A stretch of 64,000 bases of DNA from Camelus dromedarius (GCF_036321535.1 NC_087436.1:29514001-29578000); one strand, 5' to 3'. Shown: positions 13,948 through 27,029, counted from the first letter of the stretch. Numbers and translations are program-made. Notes: generated by a model not told the origin, from the sequence alone.

Positions 13948-14198
13948 AAAATGTTCTACTACTGTAAACAAAGTAAATTAGGAGAAAATGTTCTGAAGAT
14001 GTGTCCAAATTCAACATGATGCCTTGCTTAAGGTTTCACCATTTCTACTCCTTTGTAATATTTAAGACAGTATCACTACGCTTCATACAAAGCAAAACAA
14101 ATTCTATGTTTGCCTGCATTTGAATGCAGCTTAGAGATACAGCTCATTCTTCAGATGAAAAAATGCTAACAATGAGACTGCAGAATTGGCCTTAATAC
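13948..14198 (-). pseudogene. Candidate exon remnant, 251 nt
   Basis: Acceptor gttgtttcttatttttaattag, donor T|gtgagt; IKANSAVSLLAFFHLKNELYL* then, after a frameshift, LHSNAGKHRICFALYEA**YCLKYYKGVEMVKP*ARHHVEFGHIFRTFSPNLL. Confidence 0.4.
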
Positions 14199-15911
14199 CT
14201 AATTAAAAATAAGAAACAACTAATTCAGGACGTCATTATATAAATCTTGACAGTTTAATTCATTATTGTAAGATTAATCATTTAGCATCATTAACATTAT
14301 ACATACACTCTTTGAATCTGGGTGCTAGAATTGAAATAAGAAGAATTTGTGTTGAGAACTCACTGGCATCTGGAGAGTAGTTCCTGGCTAATAAATAGAA
14401 GGAAATTCCTTTGTTAGCTTATAGCTCAACCCAGGACCTTGACTTGTTACCTTACCTATTCTCCTGTATATTGAAATAATTAAGCTAAAATGCCAAATAC
14501 ATTACTTGGAACAGATGCAGGTAAGTTATTTATGTGTATGTATGTATGTATTTCTGTCCATTTTATATTTCTACATGAATTTAAAAAAATAAAATATATC
14601 AGTACTATGTATGTATTTTCTACTCAGCAAATTACTAGAGAAAAATACTGAGAAGTTTTCTCCTCTTGTCCACTTAAGAATAAAAACAAAACTATTTAAT
14701 TTTTTGTTCAATATGACAAGTATTTAATGTGTCTACCAAGGGAGAATTTCCTTATTTTTTTCCTGTATTGGAAGATGGAGGGGAGGATGGGCAGACAGAG
14801 AATTTGGACAACCTTATGTGTTAGACTGCTCCAAAACTTACTTCTTTGAAACAAGGAGATTATAACCATGTAATCTTCTCCAATTTCACAACTTCATGAG
14901 TCTATTTTTAAGAAAAAAAAATCATTTCTGTATATATCTTTTTCAAAATTATGATTTTGCAATAATTTTCAAATTTTTCAAATAATTATAATTTGTTAAA
15001 AAAAACTCCTTAGCATTTCTAATACATCAGAATTAACAGTCATTAATAAATTGGCAAAAATATGTTTATTTCTTTACTTGTTTGTTTAACTCTGCAACAA
15101 GATAGATAGCCATAGTGACTTTTCTTCCACCTATGAAGGGTATGGTAGCTATTAGGCATAAACTGTGATTACCTATTAGCATAAGCTGCTACTCACAGTG
15201 TGAGAAGTAACTGCTTTGCCTATGATTAAATTAGAAAACTTAGGTATTGTATTTTTTACAGTCACAAAATACCACTTTTTTACATCAATTATACTCACTT
15301 CACATGAGAATTGAGAGAATACTGAATAATAAAACTGTACAATTAAAGCTTTTACTTTCAGAAGAAACATCTGGAAAGGTTTAATCTTAAGCAAATTTGA
15401 AGAAAAATAAATAACTGATTCTGAGTAACCAAGCATGAATATTTTAAAATTAGAAATGCTATCAATAGTAAAAAGATGAAACTAAATGACCAATGAATTA
15501 GCCTATTGAATATATTATTTCAAGTATTAATTTACTAGTCATTATCAATTTAATAACAAAAACAAACCATACACACATAATCTGATAATCTCAGATGTAT
15601 GTATTAAAATTCATCTTCCAATTTTCGTATTTCTTGAAGGCAAGTAACTTTTTTTGTTATAGCTCCACAAACCTGGTATGCAAAATATCACTGTTAAATT
15701 TTTGTTAAAAGTATAAATTAACTTTTAAAATTTTATGCCTAAAGGCAAGGCATGACATAATTAGTTCATCATCTGTATTAAAGAAATCATCATCAGTCAG
15801 CAAACATTCAGCTTTGGTCTAAATACATTTATCAGAAACTACTGGGAAAAAAAAATTTAATTCATAGATCCCTCTGAAGAAAAAAAAACAGGATAGAAAG
15901 CAATGATTAAG

Positions 15912-16120
15912 AGAATAGGGAGTTCAGGATTAGCAGATACTAAGTACTATATATAAAATAGATAAACAACATGGTCCTACTGCACAGCACAGGGAACTGT
16001 ATTCAATATCCTATAATAGCTATTATGAAAAACAATATATACATGTATAACTGAATCAGTATGCAGTACACCAGAAATTAATATAACATTATAGACTGAC
16101 TATACGTCAATAAAAAAATA
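15912..16120 (+). mobile_element. LINE-1 3'UTR tip
   Basis: gggagttcaggattagcagatac...aaaatagataaacaac...cagggaactgtattcaatatc...tcaataaaaaa. Confidence 0.9.
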
Positions 16121-18118
16121 ATAGAACACAATAAATTCAGAATATATGTTATAAGGAAAATAAATTTGAAAATAAAGTGTAGAAAAAGATGAATTAATGG
16201 ATACATGAGATCTACTAACTATGCTGTCAATTATAAAATATTTATCATAGTAAACTTTAAGGACTTTTTAGGAACTTAAAAATGACATATGATTCAACAA
16301 AGGCCACTGGGGAACACTTTCTAGAGCCAAAGCGTTTCAAGGAAAAAATAAAATAAAAAACAAATTCTAAATCCACTGAAGTAACATTCTGTGTACTGAG
16401 GGACAAATTACCAAAACTCAGAAAACTCAAGTCTGAACTGAAAGAAAACAAAAGTGGAATTGTATAAACAGTGGTTGAATAAAATTCATGTGGTATCAAC
16501 AGCAATACTAAACTTTATGTGACAAGGGTTTTATACAATTTTACAAACTGCTCTAATAATAATTAGATTCTCAGGAAATATTATCAGCCTCAATTTTTGA
16601 GACGTATCAATCTTTAATACTAAATGTTAAGACTGGTTTGTAATCAACCAGATAAATGTAACATAATCCTTATCTTTGCCTAGAATGTCCTCACTAAAAT
16701 CACTGGTTATATCTATATTATTCATCATTTTTGTTTATATTCTTACCCAAACTAGTTTTGTGTATAGTTTTATGACTAAAGAAAATAAGAAAAGATAATG
16801 TGTTCAAAATAAAAGATAATATTTTATGTATTTCCCAGTTATTAATTTAAACTCAAAGTTTAAATGCATATTTAATTTATGCTTTAATGATTCAATGACC
16901 ATGTGAAGAGATGACTCATTGCACATGCTTCTCATGATACCAGTTGTAAAAATCAATATATTTACAAAATTTAAATCCCTTTTTCTGATAGTGACAGACT
17001 AGATTAGCCCCTCTGATTAATACCCATTTCACCCTGAAACTTAGTACCTTTATCTTTTTTCATAAAGGGTTGTAAAAATGCAACAGGTTTTGAAGTGAAT
17101 AAATAAACCTTGATTAGCCCTTGTATTTATCATTTCATTAATTCATTAATTTTAAAAAGTATAATTTGTATTTGGGTATAAATAAGAATTAAGCAATCAT
17201 AAATGTATGAATACATACTTATAAAAACAAGTATGTGTATATGCAATCATCTGTGTTAAAAATTTGACAAAATATAAAATAAAATTTAATATGGTTTATT
17301 TAAACTGTTTACTTCTTTAAATTACTTGAGGTTCTGATTAAACTGTTAGATTCACACTCTTTCCACACTGACTGCTCAAATATTTTGTTCTCTAAATTTT
17401 AATGCTCAATTTTTAAAAAAATGAGTGAAATTACAGGCTATACTGAGTTTCTAGTTTAAGTTTGAGCAAATTAAACAAAAATTAAAAGAAATTCTTATGC
17501 AGAATATTTTTGATTACTTTGAATTATTCCCCAAATTCATTGTAGAGCACACTTCCCACCAATCATTATTTTAAAAGTCCACTTTCACAAGAGTGATACC
17601 ACAATGTCATTTTCTTGTCTTTCATCAAAAATCACATCAGAATAAAAGTGGTGGGGCCACATGAATACTCCCTCAAAAATGGCTATGATTTGGCACTCAT
17701 TTTCTCAAAATAAATAGTTGCATTTGTTAATTAGAAATGTTTTCACAGGTTTTTTAGCACTCACTTTCTCAAAACAGGGCTATTAAGGGAAGAAAATATT
17801 TCAAAATTCAGTGACTGAATCTAATGACATGAGAGTAGTGTTATATCTTTTAACTAAAAATAATTTTGAAAAGTATATTTCAAAAACCGCTTAGATTGAT
17901 GTCATACAGAAAACTGCATATAGGTTAAAAACTTACTTACAGAATTTAAATGATTAAATAACACAACCTGAATACAATTCATATACACTAATAGAATTTA
18001 AGTTTAAAAATACTTAGTGTTAGGTAAAATAAATGGAAAATGTATGTTTTAGTAGACTCACTTATTAAATATAGTTTTTACGTATGCAGTGCAATCTGGT
18101 CATTTCTGTGATTCCTTT

Positions 18119-18715
18119 TTTTTAAAAAATTTGTGTATGTATATATTTATTGAAGGATAGTCAGTTTACAATGTTGTGTTAATTTCTAGTGTACAGCATA
18201 ATGCTCATTCATACATGAACATACATATATTTGTTTTCATATTCTTTTTCACCATAAATTACTACAAGATATTGAATATATAGTTCCCTGTGCTACACAG
18301 TATGAACTTGTTTATCTATTTTACATATATTAGTAAATATCTGCAAATCTCAAACTCCCAATTTATCCCTTCCCACCTCCTTCCCCCACGGTAACCATAA
18401 GTTTGTTTTCTATGTCTGTGAGTCTGTTTCTGTTTTGTAAATAAGTTCATTTGTCTTTTTTTTAGATTCCAGATGTAAGTAATATCCTATGGTATTTTTC
18501 TCTTTCTGGCTTACTTCTCTTAGAATGACAATCTCCAGGTTCATCCATGTTGCTGCAAATGGCATTATTTTATTATTTTTTCTGGCTGAGTAGTATTCCA
18601 TTGTATAAATATACCCCAGCTTCTTTATCCAGTCATCTGTCGATGGAAATATAGGCTGTTTCCATGTCTTGGCTAATGTAAATAGTGCTGCTATGAACAT
18701 TGGGGTGCCTGTTAA
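18119..18715 (-). mobile_element. 5'-truncated LINE-1 3' end, camelid-type
   Basis: ORF2 C-terminal peptide MFIAALFTLAKTWKQP in the ORF track; 3'UTR; short flanking repeat gtgattc. Confidence 0.93.
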
Positions 18716-19879
18716 GTGATTCTTTTAATTGATGCTGTCATCATAGCAGTTTTGGAGAAGATAATGCACTTAGAACTTTGTAATAAGATGTTACATGTGT
18801 GTCATCAGCTTGTCACAGAGAATTTTGCCACTGTTTCTAATTCTGAAAACAGTTAAATAGGGCCAAATACCTAATGTCCTATTATCAGAGTTAGGATATC
18901 TATGAAGGATGTGCTACGGTCTTACACAAGAAATTCTGTCAGATTTAGTGGACATCAGTGGTTAGCTTTTCAAATGGGCCAAGTTGAAAAAAATTAGAAG
19001 AGAGAGAGAGATTTCCTTTGAAGACAGTTCTGAGGTAGCTTCCACCATATTAGGGGGAAGGCCAGAGAGGTACATCCTCCAAACCTGAGGTCAGATGAAA
19101 AAGGATTGCACCAGGACCACTAGACACTAGGAAGCATGAGCAGTAATGTGGGAAGTTCAAGCAGACTCAGCCTGAGATGGCAGGGCGGCAGGAAACAGAG
19201 GGCTGTATGGAAAGCATGTGTCAAATCTAAAAATAAGTTGAAGCTGCAGAGATGGGAGCAAAGAGTTTGTTTTCTTTACACGAGATGCAGGCAATGCAGG
19301 AAAGAACTTCCCTGGAGCTGTCTTAAACATCACCCAAGACTTCACCTGGATGGGGAAGGGACTGAGACGGAAGACTGGTAGAGGCCAGATGCTGTGGAGA
19401 AGCAGAAAGTGGCCAGGTGGACAAGCAAACAAGACCACAGCCTGGGAAACACACCTGTGCAACAACTGTGCTCTTGAGAAATACCTCTTAATCATTATGT
19501 GATATTGAAAAATAAAATAAAAAGAAAAAACACAGCACAATAGGCACTAGACACTATCACCCTTTTGTATTTTCAAAAATTTTGAGTATAAAATTCAAAA
19601 CTAAAACATAGCTGAAAGTTGGAATAGAAATATTTTGTAGACTCATTTTATGAATAAGTAATTTAGAAAAATGAAATTTTTAACAAAACATGGAGCCATA
19701 TTTCTTCTTGTCCCACATTTGGTGTTTAAAAGGGAATCACAGTCACAGATAGATGATAGAAGACACTTGTGCGAACGTTCACCTCGTGAATGTAACCAAA
19801 CCAGCACTTTGTTTCTAGTTTTAAAAATACATTCCAAATAACTAATAAATTAGGGAAGTATACATATTATTGTACTTAC

Positions 19880-19934
19880 CCTTGTATGAACTAAGCAATT
19901 TGAGAGCCTAGAGACGTTTGACATTCATTAATTT
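19880..19934 (-). pseudogene. Candidate exon end (5' boundary uncertain; may extend to about 20075)
   Basis: Strong donor AAGG|gtaagt at 19880/19879; weak acceptor agcttttcag; stops in the frames examined. Confidence 0.3.
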
Positions 19935-20914
19935 CTGAAAAGCTACTTAACTGCTAAAGATTTTATTCTTACTAAATTTAATCTAGCAGGACAATGTCCT
20001 TTTGATTGTCATATTCTTTACATTTTCCTTCATCAAACTGAATAAGTTTTTGCTAATATTATGCTTAATGTAAATCTAATTTTTTAAATTAAAAACAGAC
20101 TAAAACATTTCTTTTTTAATGCATTGGGGATTTCTAATTATAGTACTTTCTAAATTACTTTGTTTTCCAAAGTTCTTTTCTAAATTTCATCTTTGGTAGC
20201 CCAAATTGCAATGAAGTTTTTACATAAAATTTTCTTTGAATAATATATTAAACCCAAACAATTTTATTATTGTACATTTCATGAGTATTTCTATGACAAC
20301 ATTTGCAAAGACAAATGGGTTATTTACCCATAATTTTTTAGCTTATGTTTATTATATCATAAAAATATGCATTCAAGGATATTTTCCTCAATTTGAGATA
20401 TCTTTAGTATAGAAGAGAGTCTGGGGCAAAATATCACCATTGGGATAATAAAAAACAATTTACAATTTATAGTTGCAATATACTCTGAAAGAATATGATC
20501 ATTTTGCTTTCAAAATCTTCATTACATTTTTCTTTATATTTAAGACTTCATGTGCTTTTTCCAGAATTTAGTTCATTTTCTTGGACAAAACAATAAAGTC
20601 CTTTCAAAAACATGTTGAAGATAAGATTAGTTAATTATGACAAAAATGGAAATGGTTTGGTAAACTCAATTATTTAAAAGTTACTCTTTACATCAGAAAT
20701 ACAGGAAATTTTTTATATGGTCTTTGGATTTATCTCCATTTCCACATTGCTCAATAATGTTTCACTTAGCAAATATGAGGACAATTTTACCAGTGCAAAA
20801 TACTACTCTATTAAAGATTACAGTCATCACGCACTGCTGCTATGTGGAGGTCATTTATTGAGGCATACGTATATAGTCACAGTTTTGATTCTTTTGAGTA
20901 AAACTAGTATAAAT

Positions 20915-21165
20915 ATTTGTCCAAACCTATGGAATGTATAACACTAAATGAGCAAACCCTAATGTTAAGCTATGTACTTTGGGTGATAATGATATATCAA
21001 CATAAAGTCCTTAATTATCACACATGTTCCACTCTGGTGGGGAATGTTAACAGTGGGAGAGGCTGTGTGTGTGTGTATGTGTGTGTGTGAAGGCAGGAGC
21101 TGCATAGAGAAGTCTTTCACTCAGTTTTGCTGTGAACATAAAACTGCTCTAAATTTAATGCAAAA
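20915..21165 (+). mobile_element. Old LINE-1 (L1MB/MC-like) 3' end with (TG)n
   Basis: aaccctaatgt...ctttgggtgataatg...ccactctggtggggaatgttaacagtgggagaggctgtg...ttttgctgtgaacataaaactgctctaaa. Confidence 0.8.
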
Positions 21166-21367
21166 AATTTAATACCTCAATATAAAGCTATGTAAATAGG
21201 TTTCTTTAGATTTTGGTAGGTTCTTTTTTTATATAAGCCATATATTAACTTTTAATATTTGTATATTACCTGAAAATATAAGCAAAATGAGGTATAAATT
21301 TCCCCCTAAAAATGAAATCGTCCTAATGTTTTCAATATTGTGTTTTCCAAAGAATGCTGTCACATAC

Positions 21368-21448
21368 GCTCAAGTAGTCATTATATATTCAATTGCAGTT
21401 GAGGTTATTCAGTCAGAATAACAACACCTTGTCGGCAACCTTCCTGAT
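21368..21448 (-). pseudogene. Exon remnant, 81 nt, phase 1-1: (D)QEGCRQGVVILTE*PQLQLNI**LLE
   Basis: Acceptor tatttattggcttttatacag, donor C|gtatgt; phase matches the preceding exon. Confidence 0.6.
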
Positions 21449-21576
21449 CTGTATAAAAGCCAATAAATACTGTATGTAGTGGCATTATCTGAGAAGAGCA
21501 ATCCTGCCCAGGACACAGAGGGATCGTTCCTATCTTCTTTCAATGCTTTCATGAAACATTTACAGTGCAAATATAC

Positions 21577-21653
21577 CAGAAGTGGATTTCAGTTTAATAT
21601 CTACTCTCAACTGTAGCTGTGTTGAAGCATGCATGAGTCCTTCCATGTGGGTT
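21577..21653 (-). pseudogene. Exon remnant, 77 nt, phase 2-1: (I)THMEGLMHASTQLQLRVDIKLKSTS
   Basis: Acceptor atcatactttcag, donor CTG|gtatat; open; flanking introns 89 and 128 nt. Confidence 0.6.
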
Positions 21654-21742
21654 CTGAAAGTATGATTTTCAATTGTAATAACAAATGAAGACAGTCATGC
21701 TTAATTATTTGTAATGAATGGGGAAAATGAACACAGACATAC

Positions 21743-21856
21743 ATTGTTCTAATTAAATAAAGAATGGTATATATGTGAAATGCATTTTGACATCGTTTAA
21801 AATTGAACCCCCAATCTCCTACCACTATGAACTCCGTAGCATAGTAATTGCAGGCC
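21743..21856 (-). pseudogene. Exon remnant, 114 nt, phase 2-2: (R)ACNYYATEFIVVGDWGFNFKRCQNAFHIYTILYLIRT
   Basis: Acceptor ctgtattgcatttcttaaccag, donor AAT|gtatgt; open frame. Confidence 0.65.
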
Positions 21857-22428
21857 CTGGTTAAGAAATGCAATACAGATGCAGATGCAGATTGAAAAAT
21901 AGACAAATCAGAACCTTCATTAATGTGAAATTAGTCTTGAAAAAAAGTATATAAAAGATAAACTGAACCATGTAACTCCCGAAACCTTTTACATAGAACT
22001 AAGGAAAAAAATCTATTTATGTATTATTACACATTTTAATAAATTATTTCTAAAATGAAAACAACAAAAATAAACTCCATACAATTTGAGGCTGTATATT
22101 TATAGAGATTCTAATGCCCTTTTTAATCTCCCATAGAAACTCTTGAGATGTGTTCTAATAAATTAAAAAATATGTAGTCGTTTTGTTGTTTACAAATATG
22201 TAATTCTGTCTCCATCACATCAGTAATTACATTTCAATATTTTATTACCTTCCAGGGATTTCGGTCTACTTTGAGGAAAAATAGTAAGTATCATTCTATC
22301 TGTTTTCACTGATCAAATTTTTCTGCTAACATTTTTTTGTGTGTGTGAGAAAAATTACAAAGTATAAAATACCCTAATTCCAAGCTATAACAATATAGAA
22401 AAGCAACATATACTCTGCAGCCACATAC

Positions 22429-22526
22429 CTTACTTGCTTTGTTATCTAGAGAACATCCAGATTCCAAGCTATATTGATTGCTTTACTCCCCGGCTGTCAT
22501 TCCATTTGGTATCTACTTATTATGAC
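22429..22526 (-). pseudogene. Exon remnant, phase 0-2: VIISRYQME*QPGSKAINIAWNLDVL*ITKQV(R)
   Basis: Upstream pyrimidine tract ctcatttttctgtattttttt, donor AAG|gtatgt; two stops; the true start may be 22541 if the acceptor AG mutated. Confidence 0.55.
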
Positions 22527-22915
22527 CTCTTTCAGAATAGATTACATTAAAAAAATACAGAAAAATGAGCACTGGCTTGAGAGCTGAGATTGCAGCTTTT
22601 TTTGTGTAAAATCAACAACTAACTAGTAGCATGATTTGCAGCAAGAGAAGTTACTGAGACTATGTTTTATCACCTCTAAAATGAGCAAAGGGGAACTAGA
22701 TAATTACCCAGATATTCTAGCTGTTGTTATCTGTGAAATATGTATTTTCCATTCTTTTCTCTATCAACATGTTAAAAATCTTCATCACTTATTTCTTCAC
22801 ACACACAGACACAATTACACACAGACATTCTCATATTTTACATGGCCCTGATCACAACTTTAACCCAATCTGCTAGCAGTGGAAACAACACTGAGCTCCC
22901 AATGTGGTGCCCTAC

Positions 22916-23041
22916 CATAGAGGCATCAGTCACCAGGAGAAAAGTGAATTTTTCTGAACAGTGTTCATCATGGCAAGGGACAGCAATATGTCTTCACTGA
23001 GATAACACTATAACAGCAGTTCTTGGTACAGGTTTCCTTGC
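22916..23041 (-). pseudogene. Exon remnant, 126 nt, phase 0-0: ARKPVPRTAVIVLSQ*RHIAVPCHDEHCSEKFTFLLVTDASM
   Basis: Acceptor tttcttttttatttt...gttgtctaag, donor ATG|gtaggg; single TGA. Confidence 0.45.
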
Positions 23042-23329
23042 CTTAGACAACATATTCGGTCAGTCAAAATAAAAAAGAAAGTTTTTACTAAATGTTATAT
23101 CTAAACTGAAGCTATCTCATTTAATTCTGATTCTTATTAACAGGCTTCAGTTACATCAACACATGTGCTTGGTACATGTTAATAAATGACACATGTAGGC
23201 AGCTAGCTCAGTAGAACAATAAAGTGGCTTAATGAAGACATTTTCCATGTTGGCTAGGACCACCACCCAGGGATACTGGAATTTGGGCTTTTATGATGCA
23301 ATATATTCTGAACAAGTGGTATTTATTAC

Positions 23330-23377
23330 CTTGGTTGTAGACTGGGATGCAGCAAAAATGGTAAAATACTTGTAATC
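23330..23377 (-). pseudogene. Exon remnant, 48 nt (phase-0 reading DYKYFTIFAASQSTTK)
   Basis: Acceptor ctttgttggtcttgtctgtatag, donor AAG|gtaata; all three frames open, so the frame is inferred from neighbours. Confidence 0.5.
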
Positions 23378-23984
23378 CTATACAGACAAGACCAACAAAG
23401 TTCAGGTTTTCAAGATAAAGTTTTGGATTTTCCCACCAGAGACAAATAATATGTAACATTTGAGGTTTTGAGGGAATTTAGATGGGTAGAAAAAGAATGG
23501 AGGAAGAAAACTATAAAATGTTCATTATGAATCCATGATCAATTTTACATATGTCTCCAGTAGCTTCCTATATTATGATCTCTCTCTCTATCTCACTCGA
23601 GTGTTCTCTCTCTGGTGCTCTCCCTCTTCTGTTCTCTTTGTTTCTCCTGTACATCATCACCACTGGAATTATTATCCTTTTCTTTTTCATCAGCTCTACT
23701 AATTTATTTTCATATCCCTTTTATTCCCTAAAATTTTGTATAGAATATGTATGTGTGGTTTAATTTCTAGTGTCATGCACTTGTTACATCATATCAAGAG
23801 GGGTGTCTGATTGACCAGAGGAGGGGCGGCAGCGTTGCTCTTGTTGTGGGACATTAACCACAGGAAGAAGAATGCTGATTGTGAAACACAGCTCTGTAGA
23901 CAAATTTGGGATGAGCTGTGAAAAAAATTAATAACTCAAATTTCTATTTATGTAATGTCGAGGCAGAAAAGCAGCTTATCTTTG

Positions 23985-24295
23985 TGAGTACTGTCTATGC
24001 TGGGATGTGCAAAGTATTATCTCTTTTTACTTCCAAAACCACCCCTACAAGTACAAAAATGAGATAATATTTGTTGTCAAGTCAAACACTGACTATATTT
24101 TACTCGAGAAAAACTTACAACAACTCTTTGTAATGTATTATTGATATTTAAAATAATAAGAAAAGACGGTATTACTAGAGCATGTTATATAGCTTTCCGA
24201 ATGTCATATAGCTACAGAGTAGCAAGATTTGTTCTTCAAACTAGTCCAAGTTGAATACAGAGTCAACTCATCATTTTTCTACCATTCCATGCTTC
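23985..24295 (-). mobile_element. MIR SINE fragments
   Basis: Degenerate MIR-like motifs (accacccctacaagt...; aatgtcatatagctacagagtagcaag...ctaccattccatgct). Confidence 0.5.
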
Positions 24296-25711
24296 CTTGA
24301 ATGATGTGAAATCAGAGTTAAAAAGGTTGTTAAGAGAATATTGTAATTTTTGTTTAAATTTTTCACCTAGGAAACTAGAAAAAAGTGTATTAGGGAAGAA
24401 TAAATACGATGGAGAAAGTCACACAATTTGGAAACTTTCCAAATGATCAGAGAGAGGTGAAATGTTATTTGTGGTTTGAGTTTAGAAACATGAAAGGGAT
24501 ATGAATCTGAAGATATGTTTTGGTTCTTGTGATGGGGTAACTGGCTCAGATTTAATGAACCTATCCTATTGGTATTAGACAGTCAGCAGTTTTTAAGCCT
24601 AAATCCAGTCATGTGAACACAGTATTTAATACAACATACGAAAAACAAAGTAAGAATGTATCTTGTTAGTCAGAAATCTAGATTTCATATGATAGAAAAG
24701 CAGATGTCAAGACCCATTATACAAAAGAAAGACAAAGATAATTCTATTTTCAAACCAGAGAAATGACAAAGGTTAAAAAATAGTTTGTAAGTGCATCACA
24801 TTACTTCCTACAGATAAGTCAGTCCATAGAAGAAAGAGATAAGTTTATATCTCTTGTTTTTAATCAAATGAGAGCAATCCCCACTCTGAACATGTTATAA
24901 ACATTTTCATCTATGAATAAACAGTCTGAGTACTTTGGGCAGAAATCAAAGAATTGTAAATATAAGAGAGATTTACCACTATTATTTACATTCAGTTGAA
25001 TTTCATTTTATTTATCTTTGAATATCATCAATCCTTTTTCTTTTTATTATGTCAGTAGAAAGAAAAATGAGGAGGCAATAATTCTCTGAATTTTAATTTC
25101 AAATGTAGAAGCATTTCTGCATTTAAGATTTTGTTTCTTTTTTTGGTGTATTTTTGATAATATACCTGTGCATAATACTAAGAATTCTGACAAAAAGAGA
25201 AAGTTAAATAGAAAAAAAACAACAACTCTGGCTTACTTTTTTCAGATTCAACTATAAAATAACAGAAAAATATGTAAACAAAGTTCTAGCACTGTTCTGA
25301 TTCCTTTTCTTTTATGTGGAGTCAAGGGCATGCTTTACTTCTTTTATCTCCCCAATATTATATGCAAATTTATTATTGAAATCCTTTTATACTTAATAAT
25401 TTTCACATATTATTATTGTTTTCTGAACTGTCTCCTCTGGAATTTTAGAAATTTGTAGATGATCAGAACTAAAGCCACAAGTTCAAGTAGAGCACACAGA
25501 TAATTTAACAGATAGTTTTAGAGCAGACATCTGCTTGACCTTCAGTTAAAGGGGACTTGCACTATCAGAACTTGCGAGTCAATTCAGAGAAGAGGGGAGA
25601 CCAGAAGTCACGAAAGGATTTCCTCACTGTTGAGAAGTTCAGATGGTGAAGTACGTCGTACAAAGGAGGAAAACAAAGTCCAGGAAATACGCTGTAAGTT
25701 TCTGTGTGACA

Positions 25712-25830
25712 TTCATAGCAGTCAAAATAGTGTCTCTCCACATATATGTCCACACCCTAAACCTCAGAACATCTGAACATGCTACTTCAAATGGCTAAAA
25801 TAAATTTGCAGATGTGATTAACGATACAGA
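25712..25830 (+). mobile_element. MLT1-type LTR 5' fragment
   Basis: atgtccacaccctaaacctcagaacatctgaacatgctac...atggc...tttgcagatgtgattaa. Confidence 0.7.
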
Positions 25831-27029
25831 CTCTTTGGGTCTGGGGGAACTCCACCAGTGCTGGGGGAGTCCTGGGATGAGCACCACCCGGGTGCCCTGA
25901 CTGCCCAGAGGCCCCTTGTTCGGTAAGGAGTCTGGCTCCTGCCACTTATCAAGCAAACCCAATCCTTCTCAATACCTCTCACCCCCTCCCTCAGCTCCTG
26001 ATCTAAAGGAGAACAGTGTTTCTCTTCTACACTGAAAGTGAGAGGGGCAGGAAAAACCTTATTTGATGCTCCTTTTGCCTTTGAATGTTTTTCTTAAATG
26101 AGTTAATAAATGCTCTTTTTTAATAATTTAAGTCCTTTTTAGTTAAGATTCTGTTTTCAGCTTTACATATCCTGAAGAAGGAACATTCATGGAAGCTACA
26201 CTGAGAAAATCTAAATAATGATCAAATTAGAGATACCAGTTAGCCTTAGTGAGACACATGACAATGACTCCAAATATTTATTGTCTGCTAAGAAAAATTG
26301 TAATTTTTTATATAAACATTATTCTCCATACTTTCTCTTTTGTAATGAGTACAGCAGTGTTAGTTTAAACAACTTTAGCTGTTGTTGTACATTTCTTTTG
26401 TTACAGATCTGTCGCCATAGATTTCTGGTATACCTCCCTGCATCTCACAAAGTTAATGCTAGAAACATTTCCTGATATATTACACAATCTTTTCTGACAT
26501 GAAAAGGATAATAACTATTTTGGGGTATCCTTAAATACTATTTTTTAAATTTTATTAATGTGGTAATTTTAGTAGTCATAGATATTTATAACTGTTCATG
26601 CAATTTGTCTAGTTGCCCTCTAACTCAATATTGGATAGCGTTGTATCTGTCCTTGAAGTGCAAGTGAATTTACTCTATTAGATCAATTAAATTTGGAACA
26701 TCTCGTAAATTTACCATTCTTAAATCTAATACCTGTATATAACTGCACTAAAATACAACTGTAAACAAATACATATTTAAATATTATTCTATGAAATACT
26801 AAATATATATCAACTTAGATTTTTGTATGTTTATAATCTGGGAGCTATAATAGGGAAGGAAAACTTAAAAATATAAAGGATATCTTAATAATCATAAGGA
26901 GGGGAAGACTGAGAAGTTTTGAAATTCAGTTCATGCTAAACTTCAACTGTTTATCAATTTTTTCAAAGTGACTTTGCATCTGTAACTCAAATTTGGGTGG
27001 AAGACAAGTGAAGAAACTTTAGAGAGCTG

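Noticed and set aside
14510..14526. Consensus plus-strand donor CAG|gtaagt (others near 2111, 47475 and 57410)
   Set aside because: Isolated; no phase-consistent plus-strand exon chain found.
19890..19935. EINEC on the minus strand suggesting a calcium-binding EGF repeat (EYS/Notch-like gene)
   Set aside because: No following EGF cysteine pattern, and the other exons do not match the EYS sequence as I recall it.
21810..21835. FIVVGDWG resembling the ACP5/purple acid phosphatase motif FVAVGDWG
   Set aside because: The other metallophosphoesterase motifs (GDNFY, GNHD) are not found in the downstream exons.
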